Shown one piece after another: positions 63,325-64,000 of a stretch of 64,000 nt of DNA (positions are counted from its first letter, which is position 1; every line of letters starts with the position of its first letter). Source of the DNA: Eledone cirrhosa. Lineage: Eukaryota. The translations under genes were made by a program, and so were the position numbers. Location of the stretch: NCBI GenBank assembly GCA_964016885.1, contig OZ024740.1:109492001-109556000 (forward strand), given 5' to 3'. The notes below the pieces were generated by a model. It saw nothing but the letters and a program-made list of their open reading frames with translations. It was not told the DNA's origin and ran no database searches.

Positions 63325-63514
63325 GTATATTTGTATGTATGTGTGCGTATAAACACATACACACACAAGCATATTCTTACTTTGTGAATTTCTGTGTATG
63401 GTTGTTAATTTCAAATAGTTAACTTTAGTCTTTAAATTTCTAGAACAAATTACTTTAAATGCTTCCAGCTGTTACACACACACACATGATTACTGGTACA
63501 TTGATATCTGCTAC

Positions 63515-63925
63515 TGATGATGGTGGCATTGGTGTGACATTGATAATGATGATGGTGGTGGTGGTGGTAGCATTGACGGTGATGATGGTGATCGGGACAT
63601 TGATGTTGGTAGTGGTGGTGGTATTTTAGGTGGTAGTTGTGATGGGGGTGATGTTGATGGTGACATTCATGGTGATAGTGTTGGCTCAGGTGATGTCATT
63701 GAAGTGAAGGTGGTGATTGTGACATTGATGGTGCTGGTCGTGGTAGCATTGGAAGTGGTAGCTGTAATGGAGGTGATGTTGATGGTGACATTGATGTTGG
63801 TGGTGTTGGCTCTGGTGGTGATGATGATGGAGAATGGTATTGGAGGTGATGGTGGCAATGGTAGCTGTGATAGTGATGATGTTGATGATGATTGTGGAAG
63901 TAGTAGTAATGGTGATATTGGTGCT
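63515..63925. repeat. Degenerate (GGT/GAT)n trinucleotide region
   Basis: Seen directly. Confidence 0.85.
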
Positions 63926-64000
63926 ACAATGTTAACATTTGAACTTAATTAGATTAATGAAATTAATTATAAACCATAATTAAAAGGTGAAGTTTACATA

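Overview
This is a repeat-dominated, AT-rich eukaryotic (animal) window with no confidently identifiable host gene. It has one 200-N scaffold gap (50965-51164). The SINE families resemble the octopus OK/OR types, so a cephalopod or other mollusc origin is inferred but not proven. Contents: (i) four copies of an RTE-clade LINE (APE endonuclease + RT with a PHD-like finger inside the RT), many RTE 3' tails, and tRNA/CORE SINEs that borrow that tail; (ii) relics of Expander/Rex3-like RTE, CRE, CR1, Helitron and TTAA/hAT MITEs; (iii) four minisatellite arrays (36, 23/24, 49 and 16 bp units) plus long microsatellites, which explain most of the long low-complexity ORFs; (iv) a dense, almost entirely minus-strand cluster (43-63 kb) of at least six Penelope-like retroelements from several lineages. 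Several of these carry minimal type-I hammerhead ribozyme motifs, and one forms a ~4.5-kb fold-back with ~1.7-kb inverted arms. All calls come from reading motifs by eye; boundaries are approximate and family names need database confirmation.
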